Shown here piece after piece: positions 36,804 to 44,931 of a stretch of DNA of 64,000 bases. A model generated the notes under the pieces. The model searched no databases, was not told the origin of the DNA, and worked only from the letters and a program-made list of their open reading frames with translations. Each line of letters starts with the position of its first letter. Within the stretch, counting starts at the first letter, position 1. This DNA comes from Bacteroidales bacterium. GTDB taxonomy: Bacteria; Bacteroidota; Bacteroidia; Bacteroidales; WCHB1-69. The translations under genes and the position numbers were made by a program. The DNA is taken from NCBI GenBank assembly GCA_017540505.1, contig JAFYAW010000017.1, positions 6,476 to 70,475 of the forward strand. The letters run 5' to 3'.

Positions 36804-37847
36804 ATGGTCGATAAAAGTTATTGCATGAGTTCGTATCTTTCACTGCGATATGTGGAAGATGATGACAAGCAGTTCTGCGAAGGTTTACACCATCAAGTGT
36901 ATAAACAGCAGCCTTTAGATAGAAAGGTTTTCGTTTCTGACGCTCATGACATAGACATAGCCTTGCGTAATGTTTTTAGAAGAGTGTCTCACGAAAAGTT
37001 GGGGATGCTGTTGTCAGGAGGCATGGACAGCTCGATACTTGCCTCGTATATGCCAGAAGGTGCTGACGCATACACATTCAGATTCCTTGGAGGCAAATAC
37101 CAAAGCGATGAGTTGAAACGTGCAGAATATTATGCCCAGTATTATCACCTGAATCTGCACTATGTGGACATTGACTGGAATACGGTAGAACAAAATGTGG
37201 ACAAGATAATGCGGCACAAGGGCGCGCCTGTTCATTCTATAGAGCCTCAGCTCTATGCTGCCGCCATACAAGCCAAGCAGGACGGTGTAACCATGCTTGT
37301 TATTGGTGATGCCGCTGATTATGTGTTTGGCGGCATGGACGGGCTGCTGTCCCAAAACTGGAGTTATGATCAATATGTGAAGAGAACCATATACGTGAAC
37401 CCAGCCGATGTCCTTTACGAACCGTACGATATGAATTATCTCTTTGAGCGCTATCGGATTGGCAAGAACAGCATTGATTATCTGCGTTTCTATGATGAAA
37501 TAGTAACCGATGAAAGTTATGCATCCTACGAAAATGCATTTGAGACGGCAGAAATGGATTTCATAGATCCGTACGAACTGCTGAAAATGGCCAAACCTCT
37601 CGATTTGGGCCGAATCAGGAACGGTGACACAAAATATCTGATCCGGGATCTGTTCCGGATGAAGTATCCTGAGACTGCCGTACCCCTCAAGCAGCCGATG
37701 CCCCGTCCTGTTGATGCGTATTTTGCGAACTGGGAGGGACCAAAACGCAAGGAATTCAAAACAGATATTAACATCAACAACTACAGCGGAAACCAGAAAT
37801 GGCTTCTCTACTGTCTGGAAAGATTTTTGAACATCTACGAGAAATAA
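36804..37847 (+). CDS. Asparagine-synthetase-domain (PP-loop adenylating) protein lacking the glutaminase domain, copy 1
   Basis: 347 aa. PP-loop is LLSGGMDSSILASYM, and VIGDAADYVFGGMD corresponds to the AsnB GEGADE..GGY motif. There is no N-terminal Cys/Ntn domain. Confidence 0.75.
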   Translation: MVDKSYCMSSYLSLRYVEDDDKQFCEGLHHQVYKQQPLDRKVFVSDAHDIDIALRNVFRRVSHEKLGMLLSGGMDSSILASYMPEGADAYTFRFLGGKYQSDELKRAEYYAQYYHLNLHYVDIDWNTVEQNVDKIMRHKGAPVHSIEPQLYAAAIQAKQDGVTMLVIGDAADYVFGGMDGLLSQNWSYDQYVKRTIYVNPADVLYEPYDMNYLFERYRIGKNSIDYLRFYDEIVTDESYASYENAFETAEMDFIDPYELLKMAKPLDLGRIRNGDTKYLIRDLFRMKYPETAVPLKQPMPRPVDAYFANWEGPKRKEFKTDININNYSGNQKWLLYCLERFLNIYEK

Positions 37848-37859
37848 GAAAACAGCAAT

Positions 37860-38903
37860 ATGGTAAATAAAGATTTTTGCTTGAGTTCATACATGGCCTT
37901 CCGCTATATTTGGAAGGATGGCGTTGATTTTGTTGAAGGTTTCCAGCATAAGAACTTCCGACCCGTCGCCGAAGAAGATCGCATTCCTGTAAGGACATCG
38001 GAAGATATCGACCGGGAGATTCAGAAACAGTTCGATGCTTTATATGCCAAATACAGAAACATCGGCATTCTTCTCAGCGGGGGCATGGACAGCGCGAACT
38101 TGGCTGCTTATCTGAAACCTGGCAGCCATGCCTACACATTCAACTCTACATCCGGAGTGTTTGATGCTGATGTGGAACGCGCTAAAAAGTACTGCAAGAA
38201 GTTCCAGCTGAAGCATCATTTGATTGATATTACGATGGAAGACTACCAGAAGTATGCCCCTATAGTGATGCGTCATAAGTTTGCTCCTGTTCATTCTATT
38301 GAGCCACAGATATATAAGGCTGCTGAAATGGCAAAGAAGGATGGTGTACAGTTGATGATAGTGGGCGAAAGCGCAGACTTGATTTTTGGAGGCATGGACA
38401 AACTCATCAGTCCTATCTGGACTTTTGACGCATTTGTCAAACGTTATACCTTTTTAGATCCTAAACTGGTTCTTGCAAATCCTGTTGACCAGTCAGAACT
38501 GTTTGAAAGATACCATCAAGGGGAAGAAGGTATCGATGTGCTAAAATTCATGGATGAGGTGTTCTCTATTGAAAGTAGTAGTTCCTATCTTAACGCCTTT
38601 GGAGCTGCGTGGATGCCCTATTATGATCCGTATGCCAAACTTGTCATGGCAGAACCATTAGACATGAACAAAGTGCGCAATGGAGAACCTAAATATCTGG
38701 TTCGTGGACTATATGCTATCAAATATCCTGAATTAGAAATCCCATTCAAGATACCGATGCCGCGTCCGGTGGATGCAGTGTTTAAAGACTGGTCTGGTCC
38801 TAAACGCCTGGAGTTTAGAAAAGACATTGACATGACCTCTTTGACAGGTAATCAAAAGTGGCAGCTTTGGTGTGCGGAGCAGTTTCTTAACATGATAGAT
38901 TAA
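37860..38903 (+). CDS. Asparagine-synthetase-domain (PP-loop adenylating) protein lacking the glutaminase domain, copy 2 (paralogue)
   Basis: Also exactly 347 aa and collinear with copy 1: LLSGGMDSANLAAYL, MRHK.APVHSIEPQ.Y.AA, VGESADLIFGGMD, and PMPRPVDA.F..W.GPKR.EF. Confidence 0.75.
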   Translation: MVNKDFCLSSYMAFRYIWKDGVDFVEGFQHKNFRPVAEEDRIPVRTSEDIDREIQKQFDALYAKYRNIGILLSGGMDSANLAAYLKPGSHAYTFNSTSGVFDADVERAKKYCKKFQLKHHLIDITMEDYQKYAPIVMRHKFAPVHSIEPQIYKAAEMAKKDGVQLMIVGESADLIFGGMDKLISPIWTFDAFVKRYTFLDPKLVLANPVDQSELFERYHQGEEGIDVLKFMDEVFSIESSSSYLNAFGAAWMPYYDPYAKLVMAEPLDMNKVRNGEPKYLVRGLYAIKYPELEIPFKIPMPRPVDAVFKDWSGPKRLEFRKDIDMTSLTGNQKWQLWCAEQFLNMID

Positions 38904-38912
38904 GTAATAATC

Positions 38913-39728
38913 ATGAGAGAACTAAGTACAGCGGAATTAAAAAAAGTGATGCTTGATTCATTGCTGGTCGTGGACGATTTTTGTCGCAAAAATGGTATTG
39001 AATATTTTTTAGAGGGTGGTACCAGTATCGGGGCAGTGCGTCACAAAGGATATATACCCTGGGATGATGATATTGACATCGCAATGACACGACCAAATTA
39101 TGAGCGATTTATTCACACCTTTGGGGGCTATTGTGATCATTTGAGTCTATTTGCTCCAGAGTTGGATGAAAACTTCTATGCTTCGTATGCAAATGTGTGT
39201 GATAATCGCACTGTGCTTTTTGAAAATTTATTTGAGCATCGTGGTTATGATGTTGGTGTGAAGATTGATATATTTCCAATTGATGGTTGTGAAGACGATA
39301 TGCGAGTTTGTAAGCGGTGGCATGTTTTGGTAAGAGTGTTGTCTAACATTCTTTCACGTCGGAATCGCAATATGCGATATGTCTGGCATCATAATAAGTG
39401 GAATTTTTTCACATGTGCTATCGTACGGTTGCTTACATTGCCAATAAAATATTGCACGATTATGCATTGGTTTTTGCGCATTGTTAAAAGATGTGACTAC
39501 ACTAAAGCCAATTATGCATATCATGCCTCTTTGCCGTATAAAAAAGTGACTCGATGTCCCAAACAGGTTTGGGAAGAATATATTGATATGGATTTCGAAG
39601 GATATAAGGTGCGGAATCTAAAGCATTTTGATACGCATTTACGTGCAATATTTGGAGATTACATGCAATTGCCTCCTGAACCAGAGCGTGTATGTCACCA
39701 TGGTTTTACCGCTTATTGGAAAGATTGA
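38913..39728 (+). CDS. LicD-family phosphotransferase (phosphocholine/polyol-phosphate transferase)
   Basis: 271 aa. [28 protein letters not shown] is the LicD signature. Confidence 0.8.
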   Translation: MRELSTAELKKVMLDSLLVVDDFCRKNGIEYFLEGGTSIGAVRHKGYIPWDDDIDIAMTRPNYERFIHTFGGYCDHLSLFAPELDENFYASYANVCDNRTVLFENLFEHRGYDVGVKIDIFPIDGCEDDMRVCKRWHVLVRVLSNILSRRNRNMRYVWHHNKWNFFTCAIVRLLTLPIKYCTIMHWFLRIVKRCDYTKANYAYHASLPYKKVTRCPKQVWEEYIDMDFEGYKVRNLKHFDTHLRAIFGDYMQLPPEPERVCHHGFTAYWKD

Positions 39729-39730
39729 TT

Positions 39731-40882
39731 ATGAAAAAAATACTTCTTGTTTTCGGAACGCGACCCGAGGCCATAAAGATGTGCCCATTGGTCAAAGAAC
39801 TTCAAAAATTCCCTTCTGATTTTGAAACCATTGTCTGCGTCACAGGTCAGCATCGCGAAATGCTTGACCAGGTATTGAAAATTTTTGAAGTCAAACCTGA
39901 TTATGACCTCAACATCATGAAACATGGTCAGGATTTGTACGATGTCACTTCAAAAGTCCTTCTCGGAATGAGGGATGTTTTGAAGGAGGTTCGGCCAGAT
40001 GTGGTGTTGGTTCACGGAGATACCACGACATCAACCGCCGCCGCACTTGCTGCTTTTTACCAGCAGATCCCTGTAGGACACGTTGAAGCCGGACTCCGAA
40101 CCCACAACATTTACTCGCCATGGCCGGAAGAGATGAACCGACAGATAACCAGTAGAATAGCAACTTTCAATTTTGCTCCGACACCACTTTCAAAGGATAA
40201 TCTTCTGAAAGAAAACGTTGGTGAAGATAGCATTACTGTTACAGGAAATACTGTTATTGATGCGTTGTATTGGGTTGTGAACAAAATAAAAAGCGACGAA
40301 ATCATTTCCGACGAGTTGAAATCCCTCCTTAAAGATGCCGGTTATGACACTGATAGACTTTCCGCTGGCAAGAGACTTGTGTTGATAACGGGACACCGCC
40401 GTGAAAATTTTGGAAGCGGTTTTATAAGTATGTGTACTGCGATAAAAGATCTGACCCGGAAATTTCCTGATGTGGATTTCGTTTACCCCATGCATTTGAA
40501 TCCGAATGTTAGGAAACCCATTCATGAGGTGTTTGGAGATGATTTGACAGACTTGGGCAATATGTTTTTCATCGAGCCGCTGGAGTATCTTTCGTTTGTT
40601 TATCTGATGGAAAAATCAACAATAGTCTTGACCGACAGTGGCGGCATTCAGGAAGAGGCGCCTGGATTAGGGAAGCCCGTTCTTGTCATGCGTGACACAA
40701 CGGAACGACCCGAAGCGGTTACAGCAGGCACTGTTAAACTTGTGGGGACGGATTATGACGCCATCGTAAATAATGTTTCAGAATTGCTGGAAAACAAAGC
40801 CGAATATGAAAAAATGAGCAAGGCTGTGAATCCTTATGGTGATGGGATGGCATGCGAAAGAATTGTAAAATATTTAAAATAA
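39731..40882 (+). CDS. wecB: UDP-N-acetylglucosamine 2-epimerase (non-hydrolysing)
   Basis: MKKILLVFGTRPEAIKMCPL...VCVTGQHREMLDQVL...VHGDTTTS...HVEAGLRT...TDSGGIQEEAP.LGKPVLVMR..TERPE. ATG 39731 follows 2 nt after the licD stop. The track's upstream start overlaps licD and is rejected. Confidence 0.92.
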   Translation: MKKILLVFGTRPEAIKMCPLVKELQKFPSDFETIVCVTGQHREMLDQVLKIFEVKPDYDLNIMKHGQDLYDVTSKVLLGMRDVLKEVRPDVVLVHGDTTTSTAAALAAFYQQIPVGHVEAGLRTHNIYSPWPEEMNRQITSRIATFNFAPTPLSKDNLLKENVGEDSITVTGNTVIDALYWVVNKIKSDEIISDELKSLLKDAGYDTDRLSAGKRLVLITGHRRENFGSGFISMCTAIKDLTRKFPDVDFVYPMHLNPNVRKPIHEVFGDDLTDLGNMFFIEPLEYLSFVYLMEKSTIVLTDSGGIQEEAPGLGKPVLVMRDTTERPEAVTAGTVKLVGTDYDAIVNNVSELLENKAEYEKMSKAVNPYGDGMACERIVKYLK

Positions 40883-40946
40883 ATTTTTTATATATGAATA
40901 TATTTGTTAATAAACGGGGGGAGGTAAAGGTCGCTCTAATTTGAGG

Positions 40947-41486
40947 ATGTTTTTAAAAGCTGATAAATATGCGCTTGGCAAAAATCGGATATGCCCCAAA
41001 GTAATTGGCGATGATATTTGGAAATTCGAGCGAGCACTTCGTTATCACGAGTTTTATATAAACAGAGGAAAGAGATATAGTATAAGAAAATTTTTTTGGG
41101 CATATAGGCATAGGAAATTAGGGATAAAATTGGGTTTTCAGATTCCTTGTAATGTATTTGGGAAGGGGCTTCGAATTAATCACTTTGGTTTGATAGTAGT
41201 TAGTCCTAAAGCAAAAATTGGCGATTTCTGTGATATTCATCAAGGTGTGAACATAGGAGAAAATACAGATAAGGAAGCTCCGATTATTGGAAATAATGTG
41301 TGGATAGGCCCTGGAGTAAAAGTATTTGGTAAAATACAAATTGGAAACAATGTAATGATAGGTGCGAATGCTGTTGTAACAAAGAATTTTCCAAATGATG
41401 TGGTGATAATGGGTGTCCCTGCTGAAATAAAAAAGAGGAGTGGTAATATTTATTCTAAAGATATATATTTTAAAAGCGATGCATAG
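40947..41486 (+). CDS. Hexapeptide-repeat O-acetyltransferase (serine acetyltransferase-like, LbH)
   Basis: The N-terminal helical region (ALRYHEFY) is followed by LbH repeats (IGDFCDIHQGVNIG...IGNNVWIGPGVKVFG.IQIGNNVMIGANAVV). Confidence 0.75.
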   Translation: MFLKADKYALGKNRICPKVIGDDIWKFERALRYHEFYINRGKRYSIRKFFWAYRHRKLGIKLGFQIPCNVFGKGLRINHFGLIVVSPKAKIGDFCDIHQGVNIGENTDKEAPIIGNNVWIGPGVKVFGKIQIGNNVMIGANAVVTKNFPNDVVIMGVPAEIKKRSGNIYSKDIYFKSDA

Positions 41487-41532
41487 ATACTAATGCTTTT
41501 TATTTATTAGTATATCAATTATATAAAACTAT

Positions 41533-42255
41533 ATGATACCAAAAATTATTCATTATTGTTGGTTTGGGGGCAACCCATTGCCGGAATTAGCGGTAAAATG
41601 TATTGATAGTTGGAAAAAATTCTGCCCAGACTATCAAATCATCGAGTGGAATGAATCAAACTTCAATTTGCATTATAACGACTACGTATGGGAGGCGTTT
41701 CAGGCAAAGAAGTGGGCTTTTATTACGGATGTTGCCCGATTGTATGCACTAGCCACGTATGGCGGGATATATATGGATACGGATGTGGAAGTGATTAAGC
41801 CATTAGACCCATATCTTGATCATGTAGCTTTTAGTGGTTATGAAAATGAACATGAAATACCCACAGGTATCATGGCTAGTGAAAAAGGAGGAAAATGGGC
41901 GATGGACAACCTGCATTATTATGACAACAAACATTTTTTAAATCAAGACGGATCTTTTGATATGACAACAAATGTTGTTACTCTTACGAATTATATGCTT
42001 CCTCTTGGTTTGAAACAAAATAACACGTATCAGGATTTTCCCGGATTAATAACTTTCTATCCCAAAGATTTTTTCTGCCCAAAATCATATTTGGATGGAA
42101 AGATTTATCTGACAGAAAACACGGTCACAATACATCATTTTGCTGGCAGTTGGCGCTCCACATCAAGCAAGATCAAACATAAGGTTATGAAATTATTGGG
42201 ACCAAGAATTTGTGGATGGTGGGAGAGTGTAAAACAAACTGTAAGGAGCAAATAG
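41533..42255 (+). CDS. Glycosyltransferase family 32 (DXD sugar-binding region)
   Basis: IPKIIHYCWFGG.PLP, ..KKWAFITDVARLYAL..YGGIYMDTDVEV. Confidence 0.8.
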   Translation: MIPKIIHYCWFGGNPLPELAVKCIDSWKKFCPDYQIIEWNESNFNLHYNDYVWEAFQAKKWAFITDVARLYALATYGGIYMDTDVEVIKPLDPYLDHVAFSGYENEHEIPTGIMASEKGGKWAMDNLHYYDNKHFLNQDGSFDMTTNVVTLTNYMLPLGLKQNNTYQDFPGLITFYPKDFFCPKSYLDGKIYLTENTVTIHHFAGSWRSTSSKIKHKVMKLLGPRICGWWESVKQTVRSK

Positions 42256-42257
42256 GG

Positions 42258-42430
42258 TTACTTTCCCAGCAACCCCTTCGTCACATCCCACCGGAACCGG
42301 ATCAGCTTCCAGCCGCGATTGCTTCTGTGAGGTTCCGTTTGGTGCGTCCGCCCTTGCGAGCCTTAGTCCGCTGTTGCCGTCAATAATTGCTTCGGCGATT
42401 CATCGCCTACGTTTCTGGGCCCAACGGAAG
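42258..42430 (-). pseudogene. Decayed 3'-terminal fragment of a GT2 gene homologous to 44932..45834
   Basis: 42258-42317 aligns with 44932-44991 at 53 of 60 positions (manual alignment) and encodes ...RGWKLIRFRWDVTKGLLGK*, against ...RGWKLIQFRWNVTKGLVGK* in the intact gene. Further upstream the similarity continues (AEAII.., LA.A) but with an in-frame stop, a frameshift and indels. Confidence 0.65.
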
Positions 42431-42537
42431 GATGGTGGCATTTTTGTTAGCGACAGGTGTGATGAAACACGGTTTATCGTTAATGTTTGGCGTGTTGGGA
42501 AACCGGCAACCCACACTCGCTAACCAGACGACTTTTG

Positions 42538-43074
42538 TCAGTTGATTTGCATACTCCTTATTAGACCCTCGTTGTCCGCACTATACTGCTTCTGAATCAA
42601 ATAATGTAAACTCTGACGTAAAGCCTTGATTTCAGCATGGTCACCTATAGATCTAATTAAATTCCGAATATCTGGATCATTGTTTGACGAGGTCTTTTTT
42701 GTCCGCTTAGTGAAAGCTTGCAATTCCGACGGGAGATTGAAGTTTTCTGGATTAACTCCAAGATTATTGGCGCACTCCAAAATAAACTGGTCCGTTGCGG
42801 GGTCAACAGTGATTAAGTAATGAGGTAAAGTTTTATGTTTAAAAAACTGTAAATGAGTTGTTTGTGTAATTTTTAAGCAATCTTTCAAATACCCCACTTG
42901 GTCTTTGTCGTTGTCAATAATTCCTATAGCGAACCTGTCATGAAAACTGTTTTTAATCTTTCCTACAACATTGTTGCAACCATGCTGATGATTGACGGTA
43001 CCTTGTATTAGGTACTGTATCAGATTTGTATCAACATAGCATTCAGGAATAACGTTTATATGGTCAATTCTCAT
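42538..43074 (-). CDS. Small Toprim-like protein (E...DxD), partner of the ABC-type ATPase
   Basis: 178 aa from MRIDHINVIPECYVDTNL, with E11 and D54-N-D56 (AIGIIDNDKD). The ATG lies 11 nt inside the upstream ATPase ORF. The Toprim assignment is inferred from motif order only. Confidence 0.6.
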   Translation of the reverse strand: MRIDHINVIPECYVDTNLIQYLIQGTVNHQHGCNNVVGKIKNSFHDRFAIGIIDNDKDQVGYLKDCLKITQTTHLQFFKHKTLPHYLITVDPATDQFILECANNLGVNPENFNLPSELQAFTKRTKKTSSNNDPDIRNLIRSIGDHAEIKALRQSLHYLIQKQYSADNEGLIRSMQIN

Positions 43075-44266
43075 AGGCTTCGAAATTGAAAAACAAGTCA
43101 ACACCATTGTAATATACATCCTGAATGTCCTCCTCGGTGAGTGAGGAAAGCGCATATTGGCCAGACTTTTGAATGGGATGTGTGAAAAAAATGCGAAAAT
43201 CTTTCGGCTTGTCTTTGATGAATTGGTTCAGCACATAAGGACTGTGTGTGGCCACGAACAAAAAATCTCCTTTGTCGCTGTCAGATACATTGTCCACCAA
43301 CCAGTCCACCAGCTGGCACTGGGTGGGCGGGAATAAATTGTCTTCCGGTTCTTCCAAGAATATTTCATTGTGGTTGACCAATAGGAACTGGTTCACTAAC
43401 TTGGTAAACCGCTCATACGCCAGTTGATTTTCGCAGACATACATTGTCGTTCCTAAAACCACAGACCGATTTTGTTCAGATAATGTCACTTTCCCGTTTT
43501 CAATGCGATCAGTAGTTTGAATTCCCTCATGTGCTTTTTGATGAAGTTTTGATGCCAAATTGATCGCTTCATTCTTCTTCTCAAAAGACATAGCAGTAAG
43601 AGATTGTTTTTCATGCTGTTTCCCAAAAAGATAATGTAAATGCATGAACATGGGAACCAACGACTGAATTCCACTGGAACCTTCTGATAATTGAATCGTT
43701 TTGTCATTAGGCAAGACAACGATATCCTTATTGGACAAGGAATCATAATGATAGCTCATTTTAAGATTTAGCACCTCTGATGAAGTGTCCATGGATTTCC
43801 GTGCGATGTCCCAGTCTGTCATAAAATCTAACAAATTGTCGTTTTCCAAGGTCAATTTGCTCCAAGTGGGAATGGTGGCTACCAGGTTTCTGTCAGACGG
43901 GATATAGGAGACTTTCGGGCGCTGATAATCCCACTGCTTTTCTTTCCAAAAAAATGTAAACTTCTGTTCACTGTGGTCATACGAAAATCCCATGTAATCA
44001 GACTCATATGAAATATATGTATCAGGCCAAATGAATCCTTTCATTTTATGGTAGTTCACTAAAATATCCAAAAACCGACTACCCTCTTCGAACTCGCTGG
44101 AAGATTGTGTGAGTTCGATACGTTTTTCCACCCATGAGCAGTAGCATGCGGTCTTCAGCACACAACTCTTGCCGGAACTTTGCATTCCGACTATCACATT
44201 CACCTGCCCCAAGTCAACATCGGCAGCAGAAAGTGGTCCTAAATTTCTTATTTTCAGTCTCTTCAT
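43064..44266 (-). CDS. ABC/SMC-like AAA ATPase (AAA_15/AAA_21-type)
   Basis: 400 aa from MKRLKIRNLGPL. It has Walker A GMQSSGKS, signature-like LSEGSSG, Walker B/D-loop IFLEEPEDNLFP and H-loop ATHSP. Start 44266 is preferred because a -7 box lies between it and the track's upstream ATG. Confidence 0.8.
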   Translation of the reverse strand: MKRLKIRNLGPLSAADVDLGQVNVIVGMQSSGKSCVLKTACYCSWVEKRIELTQSSSEFEEGSRFLDILVNYHKMKGFIWPDTYISYESDYMGFSYDHSEQKFTFFWKEKQWDYQRPKVSYIPSDRNLVATIPTWSKLTLENDNLLDFMTDWDIARKSMDTSSEVLNLKMSYHYDSLSNKDIVVLPNDKTIQLSEGSSGIQSLVPMFMHLHYLFGKQHEKQSLTAMSFEKKNEAINLASKLHQKAHEGIQTTDRIENGKVTLSEQNRSVVLGTTMYVCENQLAYERFTKLVNQFLLVNHNEIFLEEPEDNLFPPTQCQLVDWLVDNVSDSDKGDFLFVATHSPYVLNQFIKDKPKDFRIFFTHPIQKSGQYALSSLTEEDIQDVYYNGVDLFFNFEAYEN

Positions 44267-44286
44267 AGCACTGTGATTAACAGCAG

Positions 44287-44294
44287 CAAAGATA
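44287..44294 (-). promoter_or_regulatory. -7 box (TATCTTTG on the minus strand) for the ATPase/Toprim-like pair
   Basis: caaagata on the plus strand. It lies 20 nt upstream of ATG 44266, in the 68-nt gap after the ORF6N gene. Confidence 0.45.
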
Positions 44295-44334
44295 CATTTT
44301 TCTTCTTTAATCAAAACTGTCACACATTTGAAAT

Positions 44335-44835
44335 TTAATGCAAATTGCAGTGAATATCGAAAGGGCCAGGAACCGCGCTACGACTTCGAATTCTACCTTT
44401 GCCGTCAATAACTAAGAAAGAGTAGGCATCCATAATTCTCACGCTCGCTTCTTCTGCCACATCAGAATGAAGCACGGCACTTAACTGTGCGACACCTTGC
44501 TCTGTAAAAGCATAAGGGCATCTTCTCGCCCCCATCTTCAATGCATCAATCTCTTCCTGTGAGTAAATATTGGAGGTCACAATTTGTGACTTCCAATGCT
44601 CAAACTCTTCCTTTGTCAACTGAAACATAAATCGCTCAGGGAAGCGTCTGATGTTACGTTTCACGGCCTGATTTAACGCCTTTGTAGCCACATGATATAG
44701 AATGGCCAAATCCCTATCCAGCATCACTTGGACGCCTCGGACCATAAATATTCTGGCTTGTATCTCTGCAAGCGATACGGGTTGATTGTCGTGTAGCACA
44801 ACGACTTTTGTTCCATTTGTTCGATTCTCTTTCAT
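44335..44835 (-). CDS. ORF6N (KilA-N-related) DNA-binding domain protein
   Basis: 166 aa. IFMVRGVQVMLDRDLAILYHVATKALNQAVKRNIRRFPERFMFQLTKEE....YAFTEQGVAQLSAVL is the ORF6N signature. Confidence 0.8.
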   Translation of the reverse strand: MKENRTNGTKVVVLHDNQPVSLAEIQARIFMVRGVQVMLDRDLAILYHVATKALNQAVKRNIRRFPERFMFQLTKEEFEHWKSQIVTSNIYSQEEIDALKMGARRCPYAFTEQGVAQLSAVLHSDVAEEASVRIMDAYSFLVIDGKGRIRSRSAVPGPFDIHCNLH

Positions 44836-44839
44836 GGTG

Positions 44840-44847
44840 CAAAAGTA
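44840..44847 (-). promoter_or_regulatory. -7 box (TACTTTTG on the minus strand) 4 nt upstream of the ORF6N ATG
   Basis: caaaagta on the plus strand. The spacing implies a leaderless or near-leaderless transcript. Confidence 0.4.
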
Positions 44848-44931
44848 TAATTTTAATTTTATATAAAAAGATTTTCTATATAAAAAATTAACTTTTGCTT
44901 CAAACTAATGTAGTCAACAGCTGACAACAAA

